From Enoplolaimus lenunculus (lineage: Eukaryota), in contig JASANG010003092.1 of NCBI GenBank assembly GCA_030248215.1, forward strand, positions 124,001 to 188,000: 64,000 nucleotides of DNA, given 5' to 3'. This document shows positions 13,901 through 25,400 of the stretch, piece by piece (the stretch's first letter is position 1; each line of letters opens with the position of its first letter). The notes beneath the pieces are model-generated. The model saw only the letters and a list, made by a program, of their open reading frames with translations. It ran no database searches and was not told where the DNA came from. The position numbers and the translations under genes are program-made.

Positions 13901-16025
13901 TGTTACATATTTGAGCAGTAAATACCGTTTTCCTATTTTTTGTCTCTTTAGTGTACTCCAATTACAACTCATGGACTCTATCCACTAACTGGCAGTAATT
14001 AGGAAGACAGACTCCAATTGACGGGGGCTCAAAATGGAACACTCACGTCTTATTACCCACACCACTCTTATTCGGGTCATTAACTAAATCACATTGTTAA
14101 AAACTCAACTCAATTTGTTCAATATCATGCGAAGATTCACATATTGTCGACGCTCTGTGTAACAGCGGTTTAGTTTTGCGAATCGCTTCTCGGCAGACTT
14201 CCGTCCTTCAAAATATTAACCTCATTTTATGATGTCTTTAAGGCAGTTGATGACAATCGATTTACAGTTCAGTTCATTTCCTACTTTTAACATCACTGTC
14301 AAAATTCTACTGATTCTTTAGGAATTTACTGTCAATCTAAGTGGGAACCGAGACTTCAGACCTTATCGCAGCTGGAAAAGCGGCCTCCGGAGCGATGATC
14401 GAAATCTCAGCCTACGGTTCCTTAAGTGAATACTCTACCACTGCGCTATGCACCAGGACAAGCATGCCTCACATGCTAATATTTTAGGTAATTGACTGTG
14501 CTGTTGCGCGTAAATTTGTGAAAACTATAGGCTATTCTGCTGCAGCCCTTAGGCGGTATTTGCTACTGCTTCGATGTATGCGGTATGCTAGGTTCACTTA
14601 CTTTGTTGATATCTCCAATTTACACTACAAGGGAATATAACGCCGTATCTTAAGTTGGCACTGCTCATTTGGCTAATACCTTAGAAAAATTAAGAAATGC
14701 TTGATATCTTAATACGGAATACCGTAACTACGTAATTCAGTTCTTGCAAGTACACTTCCTTCCACATGTGTGGGCTTAAACTCACACTTACGCTTAGGTT
14801 TCGGTAAGGGTTGCCTAAGGATAATCCTAAACCGTAGCCTAAGCGTTTACCTAGGCCTAAGCATAAGCCTAACCATAAGCCTTATCCTTAGAAGTGGGTG
14901 TGTACAAGTGCAGTTAATTCATACTTTTTGATATAAGATACAACTTTGATTTCTTCTTGTTTAATAAGTTGTTTCAGAGACATCCAGCCAGACGAAAACC
15001 GCTTTGCATCGTCCGTTCGACCTTTACGTTCGCAAACATGAAGCAATCGTCCCAGATCGGATTCACGAGCCTCAAGCGCTCTCGCGAGTTGCTGAAATGA
15101 AACCTGTTGGAAGCGACTGTAAACCAGTTACCGGCATAAACAACGGTGCGCATTATCTGGAATATCTTATACTTGAAACCTAAACTTTGAAGATTCAAAT
15201 AAGAATTTCAAAGCAAAGCTAAAACCCATCCTTAAAATACAACAATAATTTAAAGTATTCAAAAAGGTAACTGGCCAACATAAGATCCGCTGTTGAAAAA
15301 TGTAAAAAATTGAAACTTTAACTAACCAGCAAATTCGCATGCTTCATTTCAACTGATCTTCCGTTCGAGGAGCTGACATCTTGTCCAATTGAATCTTGAT
15401 ACTGTCGTTGAATTCCAATGAAAGTTCGTTGAAGATCTTGTTCAAACGCGGTAGCTTCGTCGTCACTTGAGCTCTGAGGGGGCGTCGGAGAGCTGCCGCC
15501 GGTTATTATCAACGGGTCACCGAAACTGACCCGGCTACCGGTATGCGATTGATGAGGTGAATGCAAGTCAAAATGTTTCGAACAAATGCGATCGACTTTT
15601 GCCCGAACCGAATATGGGACTTCTAAAATAAAAAAAAAAACTATATTGGAAAATGGTCGTTCACATTAACAATTCAGGTTATTGTTCACGATTATTCGAT
15701 AAAGCAGAGTCTGCCAACGATTTTTGTACACTTTACCTCCACATTGAAAGTTGAGAATCAGACTTAGACTTAGTCAAATGTTTGGCTAAAGTTAACAGCT
15801 TAAGCTTAGGCATTAACAAGGCTTTTAAGAATTCTAAACCTGTAATGAGCACATATATCTGGTTCGACTTTTGCCCGACCACTGAACAGAGTTTTACGTA
15901 TTTAAATAAAAAAATTTAAATATCTGGGTGTGGCGCTTTCTCACTACGTCTTAGGCAGGCAACCATTCATAGCCTCGGCTTCAAAGCTCACCAACCTTGA
16001 TTCCACAGGCAACAAAAACAACAGC

Positions 16026-16083
<58 letters not shown>

Positions 16084-16088
16084 ACAGC

Positions 16089-16152
<64 letters not shown>

Positions 16153-16165
16153 TCAACAACAAGAA

Positions 16166-16246
<81 letters not shown>

Positions 16247-18216
16247 GAACAACAACAACAAGAACAACAACAACAAGAACAACAACAGCAGCAGCAACAG
16301 CAACATCAACTTTTGAAAATATTTCCACCCATGTATACTTTTATCCTATCCAGATCACTTTCTGGTGGCGTGCTGCGGCGCGTGGTGAGTATAAAGCAAC
16401 CCTTAAACTAAAAATCAAAAATGAAACTAACCTTGATCATCGACCAATGATATTTTTGCGTCTTCCGCTAGCGATTCTAACCGTGGTAATTTTTCATTAA
16501 CCAACGCCGTATATACCACATCCCAATGCGGCGCCGATCCGTGCATACTTTCGAGTTTGGTCAATTCTCGAAGAACGTCTTGAAGCTGTCTGAAGACAAA
16601 CATTTTATATTTTCATGAACTGAATGGTAAATCAACTCGACCTGCTCACCGGGATACAGATATACCAACTTCAGGTTGACACCACGTTCAAAGTTTGTTG
16701 AAAAATGGTTAAAAACCCAAAAAGTTCGACAAATTTAAAAGTGTCTACGGCAAATTAACATAAACACGCGTTGTAAATGCCAAACTGACCCAGGAGCAAC
16801 CATATATTTCTGTAGATTTGTTTTGTCGTATTTGCAGGAATGTTCGAGCTACAAATTAAAGTTGAACGACTAGGGATTGTGCTATACTTCTAGTATGTCA
16901 CTGTCCGTCACCTGTCCGTTGCTGTCCGTCACGTACGACACCGCACGGCGCCGTACGGTAGAGAAATGGTGACGGACGGCGAAGGACAGCATCAAAGCAT
17001 TGCGCTACCTTTGAAGGGTGGAACGCCATACTTATCGTTTGTTACTGTTCGTAGCCGTTCGTCGCCGTCCGTCGAGTAATACGTCGCCGAACGTGCCGGC
17101 AGTCACTGATCGGTATCATACGCGACAGACGTCAACGGAAAGCGCTACACGGCAAGGATAACACAACCCTATCGGCTAGAGGTACTGCAATTGTTAACCA
17201 GATTAACCAAATTTTCAGTATCGACGAGAATAATGTTCAGTCTGTAACTTTGTCTAAAACACTGATCTGTATAACGATTACTTCAAATACTGTAGTCTTG
17301 ATTCGGTGAGACCGCATACAAACCAGTAGTCACTTTCGAGTCCAACGAAATCGTCTTGAGCTTGACGGAAGTCAGGTCCAAGTGAACCAGTATGACGGTG
17401 TGAATACGAATTCAACGATTGTTGTAAACGAGTATATTGGAAACGTTCGTTTTCACATTCACGGCTCAAATCGCACAGCTGAAATGTGATACTGACGCGG
17501 TTACAGAAACATGACTTAAAAATAGAGCTGTGAGCGCAATTTTGGACAAATGCTTAAAAATAGACTAACTGTTTCACATCGAAGCTAACAAGTTTCGCTG
17601 CTCTCACCACACCACTTGTTTCTTTGTGAAGTCAGAGATAAAAGCTTAAAAACAGTAGGTACACGGTTTAGCAGACAATGCGTATAATTCTGCAAATAAG
17701 AACCCTTATTGAAAATCTCGGTTATAATGTGTGCGTAGCACTTACACTGCCGTACGGTGACAAGAAAACAGAGGAAATGCATTTTTCACCAAACCGGAAT
17801 GTCGGTTTCATAGAAATTAATATTTTACGACGACAAATTGACTTGATTACGGGCCCATAGCTTAATAGGGGCACAAGTGTTAGGTGCTAAATACATTTCT
17901 GATTATCGGCATAGGATCGGACCTGTAACCAAGTTGGGAGCAGAGGGGGCTTAACTCCCCTGGAAAATTTTGGGCCCCTAGAAAGTTTTCAACCTTGCTT
18001 GTAACTCATTGAAAACCCTTGAATGTCCCTCCTGAAAAAATTTTACCCCGCCCCTCCCCCCGGCAAGGTGAGCTGGCTACGGGCCTGCATATGTTTACTT
18101 ACCAACCATATGCATTTTTCAATTGTATCAACGCGAACTTCATTAAATTTGTCACAACTCGATTGAAGTTGCCCGACAGTGTTTCGAAACTTTTCCACCG
18201 ATGAAAATAGTTCCAT
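1936..18216 (-). CDS. Spectrin-repeat-like / coiled-coil rod protein, ~980 aa, ~21 exons
   Basis: Exons: 18216-18103, 17478-17282, 16589-16432, 15622-15327, 15091-14925, 14205-~14109, 13272-13198, 12419-12312, 11917-11768, 11369-11247, 11094-10945, 10021-9887, 9389-9222, 8474-8305, 6993-6837, 6122-5982, 5790-5623, 5061-4943, 3437-3344, 2643-2521, 1977-1936 (LPGSCSKNLATCE*). Phases are compatible except the donor near 14109. Helical segments with spectrin-type Trp spacing: ALKDVDDWLDENERKF, FEDFQRWLDDFQSNV, AKLQWDQLLEML. The start codon and last exon are tentative. Confidence 0.65.
4529..4929. mobile_element. Foldback MITE
   Basis: TIR TCGTAGCCCAAGTCGTAATT / AATTATAACATGGGCTACGA, with internal repeats of the CCCAAGTCGTAATT motif. 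Confidence 0.6.
8583..8844 (-). mobile_element. piggyBac-type MITE carrying a tRNA-like A/B-box cassette
   Basis: TTAA at 8579-8582 and 8845-8848; TIR CCCTTTATCACAT / ATGTGAGAAGGG. Minus strand carries TAGCTGAGTGG (A box) and AGTTCGAATCC (B box). Homologous to 19874-20137. Confidence 0.7.
10693..10875. mobile_element. hAT-like MITE (CAGTGGCGGATCC termini)
   Basis: TIR CAGTGGCGGATCCA / TGGATCCGCCATTG, flanked by TATATATA on both sides. Related remnants at ~3500-3692, ~5262-5445 and ~27236-27274. Confidence 0.7.
14390..14455 (-). other. Degenerate tRNA-derived (SINE-head-like) sequence
   Basis: Minus strand GGTGCATAGCGCAGTGGTAGAGTATTCAC...GAGATTTCGATC has an A box and a decayed B box. I could not fold a clean cloverleaf. 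Confidence 0.35.
16010..16310. repeat. (AAC)n microsatellite, ~100 units with AAG/AGC/ATC/GAC interruptions
   Basis: Read directly; intronic in the spectrin-like gene. Confidence 0.97.
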
Positions 18217-18660
18217 ATTCACTCGTCTGACAACAGATTTTCCGCTTTTTCAATAAATCGTACATTCATTACTTCTGGTTGCTTGAAATACAGATTTGTA
18301 TTTTGATACTAAGTACGCAAAGTAACGGGTGGACTGAGGTCAACAAATAGTAGACAAAACGGCCTGGAACTCTCAGATGTCTGAACAAAAATTTTGCCCC
18401 GTCTTCCAAAATCAGTGTCAACCCCGCTTGTAAGTCAAGTGAACAGCGCACATACTGCTGCTAAAGTAAAGGCCCATACTGACGAAATCTCAGGCGAGAC
18501 ACCACCACAACCTAAACCAAACGCAATGGTATAGGAAAAAATATCTTGAGCAAAGCGAAAAAGAAGCCAAATGTTGGTTTCGTGTTAGTCCAAAGACAGT
18601 GGATTTTTTGCCTATCCCCTATGAAAAATCCGACCCCGTTCGGTTACATAACCTAGGTAC

Positions 18661-19074
18661 CAGGGTTCCATCGGAATTGCGATTCCGGCTAAAATTCCGG
18701 CAAAATTTGAGTTCCGATTCCGGCTGACTGCTGTTCCGATGCCGGAATTCTGATTTTTCGGTTGTGAGTTTTTAAGATGATTGAACTTAGATTTTGTTTG
18801 TTTTCTTTTGTTTCGTTCATTTGCAATTATTCTGTTGGTTTTTTCTTAGTAAATACATATTCCCAGTTGTTACGTGTATTCCGTCAGCTATATAAACAAT
18901 TTTTACTGAAACTGCGAACAGTAACAGAAACAGGCATGTTGCAACAAAAGTTAAAAGTCATACACCTTTAACTTTTGAACAGAATTAGTAAAACTTGATT
19001 CCGATTCCGGTTCCGACAGAAAAATTTCATTCCGATTCCGCTTCCGACAAAATCTAGTTCCGGTTGGAACCCTC
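18661..19074. mobile_element. hAT-like MITE (CAGGGTT termini, CCGATT/CCGG subterminal repeats)
   Basis: TIR CAGGGTTCCA / TGGAACCCTC; exact 8-bp TSD CTAGGTAC. Confidence 0.8.
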
Positions 19075-19186
19075 CTAGGTACCTACCCTTGGATCCACCA
19101 GCACTAATGAATAATCCCAGAATTCACATATCCTGGATTCCAACTAAATAATCAACTTGTGTATGTCTTCTCTGTATAAACACACA

Positions 19187-19259
19187 CATATATATTATAT
19201 ATATTTACATATATATTATATATATTTACATATATATTATATATATTTACATATATATA
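19187..19259. repeat. AT-rich 21-bp tandem repeat (~3.5 copies)
   Basis: Unit ACATATATATTATATATATTT. Confidence 0.8.
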
Positions 19260-19873
19260 CCTCAATTTATGAACTGTTTTATTACAAAAATGCACTATTA
19301 CCAGGTTGATAACTAAGAATTATTAGTACTGGGACAGCAAGATTTATACAGGAACAAGAGCAACATAATTCATTTTAATTCTGTGGATAAATCATTTGTC
19401 CAATAAAGACCAAAGATTTCCGCAGGAGATGCAGCGAATCTCCTCGCTGTCACCCTATTGGCTCTAACTCATGTTATGTACTCATTATCTGAAAAAACAC
19501 AACTGTCGTTGTTTGCGAGAACTATGCATTATTTTGAGACTTAATTTGCAAACAACCGTACATGTAAACTTTAAGTATAAAATTTCAACTATTCTTGCCG
19601 TGCAAACGCAATGTATATGGGATACTGAAACGTTTTAACTACAATATCACTGCATGCTGCAGTTTGCAACTACCTTTCTTACCAAACGCATGCACTCAAA
19701 ACAATTTTTTTATCTTTATAGTTTAATAATTTTAAAGACAGAAAAAACGTAACTTTCATGAGTGTCGTCGTTTCCTTTTTGAAAAAAATTATTCGTAAAA
19801 TAAGAGAATGTGGTTTAATATTTGATGGGCTCACATTTCTCATCAGGATTAGTTTAACGGTGCAATGGTTTAA

Positions 19874-20137
19874 CCTTTTAACTCATAGAGTATGCTATGA
19901 GCAACTAAATACAAATAATAAACGAGCAACACAGACACTGTGAGCAGTGTTTAACAATTCTAACTCATATGTGTAGTGCAAAATCTCTACAAGACGTGAG
20001 AGCCCCCTCGGGCTCGAGCGTCAAGCTCCTATAGCTGAGTGGTCATCGTAAACGCCTCCCACACGAGAGGCTGGGGATCGAATCTTAACTTGAAAGCGCA
20101 TCTCAAATGAAATTGAAAATATTCATGTGAGAAAGGG
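19874..20137 (+). mobile_element. piggyBac-type MITE carrying a tRNA-like A/B-box cassette (copy 2)
   Basis: TTAA at 19870-19873 and 20138-20141; right end ATGTGAGAAAGGG; A box TAGCTGAGTGG at 20032-20042; B box GGATCGAATCT at 20075-20085. Confidence 0.7.
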
Positions 20138-22449
20138 TTAACATTTTAACACATTTGTTCAACGCGAATGCTAAGTCAGCAATACCCAGTGCTTGAAACT
20201 TCGTTGAACAAAATAAATTCTAATCCAAAAAGCAAGCCGAATGAATGAATAACTTAAAATCATGCTTTAAATCACAACGCACGACTTGCTCGCAAGCAAT
20301 TAGGAAAATTAAACTACAATCTTGAATCTTTAAAGTTTGAATAAAAACCAAATCAAATCAATGAAAAGTAAATTTTAGGTTTGAGCATCGAAAACGGGTT
20401 TAGCATCTTTTTAAAATCCATAAAGTAAATTTCTAGAATTAATAATGATGGATGAGCTAAATTTCCAGGAGAAGCGGATCTAGGAATTTTTGACCAAAGG
20501 CCGGGCATTGATAACATTTTAAACATTGGATACCGAAGGCGCAAGTAATCTTTTGATATATAAAAAGTTTGTGGATTACTCGGCACGTAAAATGCCATTA
20601 TTTAGATAGAGAACAGCGTAAAACCGAAGGTCCACCTCCGGCACAAAATCGACCTCTGGCTCCGGCTCCGGTAGAATATCTGCCGGAGGTTTCGGCAATT
20701 TCGGTAGTAAAATTATGCAAAATTTTACAATATTCATTTGTTTTGTGCGGTTTCTTTCAGTTTTTCGAACAATTATAAGGAACAAATTGGTGCGATTTTG
20801 TGAAAAATAAGCGTAAAACCAAAAGATTTAACAACACCTTAGAGCTCCAGCTCCGGCTCCGGTATTTTTCGCCTCCGGTTGCACCCTGATAGATAAGTAA
20901 CTTATCTAACCGGCTTTAAGTTGGTACTGGATCAGCAGTGACGCTTATGTTAATACCCATTCTATTAAATTTATGATTATGGACGTGCATATTTACAGAC
21001 AGTAATTAATTGTAATTGATTGCACATTTTTAGTTTCACTCTGTCCTGCGTGAATATTTCCTAGTTCATTTAAGGCATACTTTCAAGCTAGGATTCGAAT
21101 CTTGCTTTTTCGGGTAGATGGCGTTTGCCCTAATACCACTCAGCTGACGCTCCAGCCTCAATGTTAAATACTGCGCATTATGTATAGTTTGCCTCACAGG
21201 TTGTGTGTTTGTAAGTCACTAAAAACCCTTATACGTACGTTCTGAAAAATATTTTAGCCCCTCCCCTAGCAAGGTGAGTTGGCTACGGCTCTGGTAGACG
21301 TCCACACTACATGAATACTGCTTCAACGTTGCCACTTGGCGGCTTTTATTGTTATATGTGACGTGTGAGGTATTTGGAACCGCACTCATAATGTTCTATG
21401 TTCATTATTGTCAAACACTACAGATTTAAATGTAAGAATCAGAATCAAATTGAAAATTTGTATATCAGGAATCGGCTTTTGTACACCTTCCCACCCACAG
21501 GTTTAGGCTTAGGCTCATTGCTCAATGAAGTGTCCTGGATGAGAACGTCGTATGCTTTCACCCACCCTGGATCAGCTAGCAGTAATTTCTGAGGTACCAA
21601 CTCATCATCACTTACTTTTATTGTAATTTTTAACAATTTTGGGCGAATGACCGTTTCAAAACATACAGTACCGGAACGCAATGCGAAAAAGTTACCGAAT
21701 GCGCAAACATGTGCATATTTGATTTTCTTTTCATAGAACAATCACGTTATTTTCTAAGAATTCATTGCATGCAAAGTATTGCTGGAAATTTGTCCAAAAT
21801 ACGTATGTGAGGCATTCTAGCTTTAATAATACAGATTTTATTTACACATTAAACAATTATGTCTTAAAATGATAGAGCTTTTACCTATTGGTTACAAAGT
21901 CTTGTCGTTTTAGATCGTTTTGATCTTTCTTTTAATCAAACATTTTGGTGTTTTTATTTTGTGTTTAAGACAAACATAGCGGTCGAACGCGTACGTATCA
22001 CCCACTGAGAAGTGGTCACAGTATCCATGCATTATACTTTTATTATACTCAACGTTGGGTTAATTTATTTGCGAATGGGAAATCAAATGACATTTGGCGT
22101 TACGTTCACTTTTATTTTGGTTCACAGATACACTCTTCAGTCTCAGGCTTTCTGTTTCTCTCTCAACTTCTCAAGGCGCTGTTTGTGCAGTCTTTGTAGC
22201 AGATTTTTCTTGCACTGATTATCGCAGCGAATTTCTTGGTTGCTGTTTAAATTCAAGCCAAAAACTATTTTATTATTTCAGTCATTACGCGTGCAGGCAC
22301 AGCACCGAATTCTTTCATTAATACTTCGTTGCAGAATCGAAGCTATCACAACCAGGTCACAACATCTGAATACGGGATTTTCATACCAGAACCAGGTAGT
22401 GAAAAGTACCAGATTTGGCTATCTGGACCAGAATTCCCGTTACAAGACG

Positions 22450-25400
22450 CTAGATCGCTAGGTCACGTTCGGATGTACAGTCAACATAAGTCGATTTATC
22501 AAACGAAAACCTGCGTTCTATACGTCGAATAGACTGCCGTAGTGTCTGGCGTGAAAATTTTTTTGTCCGACGCGATTTAGACAAACCTAATTTCTTCATT
22601 TTAGGTTTAGGAAATATGCCACAGTTTCTGGTAGCGGAGCCACGCGGTGAAGAATCGGAGGCATGACGTTCAGATACCGTTGATATAACAGTGTTGTTCT
22701 GGTTTGTGTGAGACACTAGTAACGAATTATTGTCTGGTTGAAATGAATGACATGTAGGGGCTTCGGCGAGCTCTGAATCTGCTCGTTCGGGTCTACTTGC
22801 GATTCGATGAACAGGAACAGAACGCAGTTGAGATTTGCCGTCGGATTGCTGTAAATGCAAAACAAACACTAAATTTCAAAATATTGCAATGCTTGCGCAA
22901 ACAAAGACTGTCTTTCAAAGGTATTGTGTAATAAACCAAAGCAGCAGCCACCGGAGACGAGCGATAGAGGGTACCGCGTCCCTACGAAAATCATCAACCC
23001 CCTCTGGAAAAAATATCTTTGACAACGTCAAGGCAATAGTATTTTTACGAAAATTTCATCTATCAGCTCTATAAAGTTTGTTGCTTTCTTTACTAACGGT
23101 TGTTGGCTGCAAGTAGTGTACAATGCACTGGATGACGCGAGATTTTCGGTAAAAATTAGCAACAAAATGACATTAATGAACGCGTTGACAGTGCAGGAAC
23201 TTGTCCTGTGTACTGAAATCAAGAATACAGTATATAGGACGCTGGGATACTGAGAGACTGGGACAGTGGGAGACTCGGAGACTGGGAGACCGGAAGACTG
23301 CACGTCTTCGACAATGGGAAGCTGGGAAATTTTAAGTTGGTAAACCCTAATAGTTAACAAGAGCCATATTTTTAAAACTAATTAAATCACGTACGATACG
23401 TTAAAAACAAAATTCCACTAACCGGATATACAACATCTTGGTCTTTTGGACGTAGCTTTACCGCGGATCTGATTTTTGGAAACACTTCTTTGATTTTAAT
23501 TGACGCGCGAGTATGCAGCAAAACAGGTTCGGCCATATTGAAATATGCATCTTCTGAAATTACAAAAATAAAAACGATAAAAGTTTAGTTTTGGTCAAGT
23601 TTTATTTCCTGGTTGCGTTTACCAAAGTTTCCTAAAGATAAGCTACTACTTTTCCGGTATTCGGGCGTGAAATGATCAGGGGAGGTCATAAGAAACTCAA
23701 ATATGCAAAAGGTTTCAGATGTAAGTTTTAATCCTTTCTCATATAGATTTGAGTACGAGCAACTCAGCGCAATAGCTGAGTGGTGATGGCAATCGCCTTC
23801 CGTTTCTGTCTCTGGCGTTCTAATCATAAGATTCGATTTTACATAAAATACAAAATATTCATGTGAGAAAGAGTAATATAAAAAGTTCCCAAATAATATT
23901 AACATAAAATTACTTTCAATTTCAGGCGCTGCCTTCTGTGGCCCATCGACAGTTGCCATCCCGACTTTTAAATGCCGATCAAGTAGTGTATTGAGCTCAA
24001 AATCATCGTCTGATTCGCCAAACGGATGCATTATATATTGACCAACCTGTAAGAAAAAATATTAAAACCATTTAAGCACAGAATTTATTTCTCCTACACG
24101 CTACATTCACAAGTTTCGCTCTGTGACCAAGAAATAAACCCGGATCACTTGATTAAAAAGCAACTGATCCGGGGATTAGCTCTAGAAATCAAAATACAGG
24201 CATGCGGGAACAGGGGTGTTTGATTTTTCAGTCGACACAGCTGGAACGCACTAACGCCTCTAAGAAATCAAAGCAAATAGATTCTAAAAGATTAAATGCA
24301 CAAAATGCGCTGGCTTCTCGCTCGCTTTACTTACGATGTTTCTAATCTACTTTGCATGTCAGTCCCTCGACGTTGTCTGTCGGAGATGGGATTACTCACC
24401 AGACAAAAGCAAAACATTGTATAAAGGCTTAATACTAAAATTCCGTTTGCATTTTCTCTCGCTTTGCTAACAATATTTGGTTCACTATATATTTCTCCAC
24501 CCGCTTTCGGTTTCTGTGCATCTGCCACGAGATCGTAAAACTAATTGACCGCTTTGTTTTTGAGCTAGCTTGACCACTCCTGCACTGCAAAACACGGTGA
24601 GTCAAGTTGACTCTTTCCGAAATAGGCTTTTCCGCACTACACAAACTGAGTCAAATTCGACTCTGGCGGAATCGAATTTTGACTCCGTTTGCGTACTATT
24701 TCGGAGAGAGTCAATTTGACTCACCATTTTTTACAATGCGATTGATAGCCCTATTATAGAAATTGTTTTTGTCGCTACAAAAATATGTCTTTGAAACACT
24801 AAAAAATAGCCTCCGTACCTTTAACCATCCGATATAAAACAAAAATTGAAGTGTCGTAAATATAGGGATGTAAAAATCGATTTCGTGGCCTTTGATTTTG
24901 TCTTTCGGATCCAAAAATTGTCTTCCAATTAAACAGAACAAAAAATACGAATATGTTGCACCCGTTGCGACTTGCGTGTACGCCTGAAAAATGCAAACTG
25001 ATAAAAATTTATATCTTTTTGCAATTTTTCGGCAAAAATTTGTGTTCCTGATATGTTGCTGCGTTTTAATGCAGCTTATAAAATCTCGAGTTGGTTAAAC
25101 TATTTGCTGAATCAAAATTTACTTATTCGACCAGGCAGAGTCGAAACGTTTCATGTTTACATTGAACTCTTGTCAAAAGCCTAAAGCCTAACAGTAAGTC
25201 ACAGCTTCTCAACATTAGATTAGTCGATTTAATCATTTGCAACAGGAAAACGACTGTCCAGCAGTCACAAATGGATAATGCAGGGGTAGCGATATTTCTT
25301 GACGAGTCAAAGCATATTTTGCTTACAAAATAATACTTATATATTAAAAATTTCGGCTAGCGGAAACGTGTTTGTCATGGGTGACAGCGTTTACTTTACC

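Noticed and set aside
15930..16500. Poly-Asn/Thr/Leu/Val ORFs
   Set aside because: Stop-free readings of the (AAC)n microsatellite.
20026..20095. Functional tRNA gene
   Set aside because: A and B boxes are present, but I could not build acceptor and anticodon stems, and copies diverge in the middle; treated as transposon cargo.
22050..22449. Coding extension of bestrophin or a separate small gene
   Set aside because: Short open stretches on both strands without consistent start or splice signals; more simply 3'UTR.
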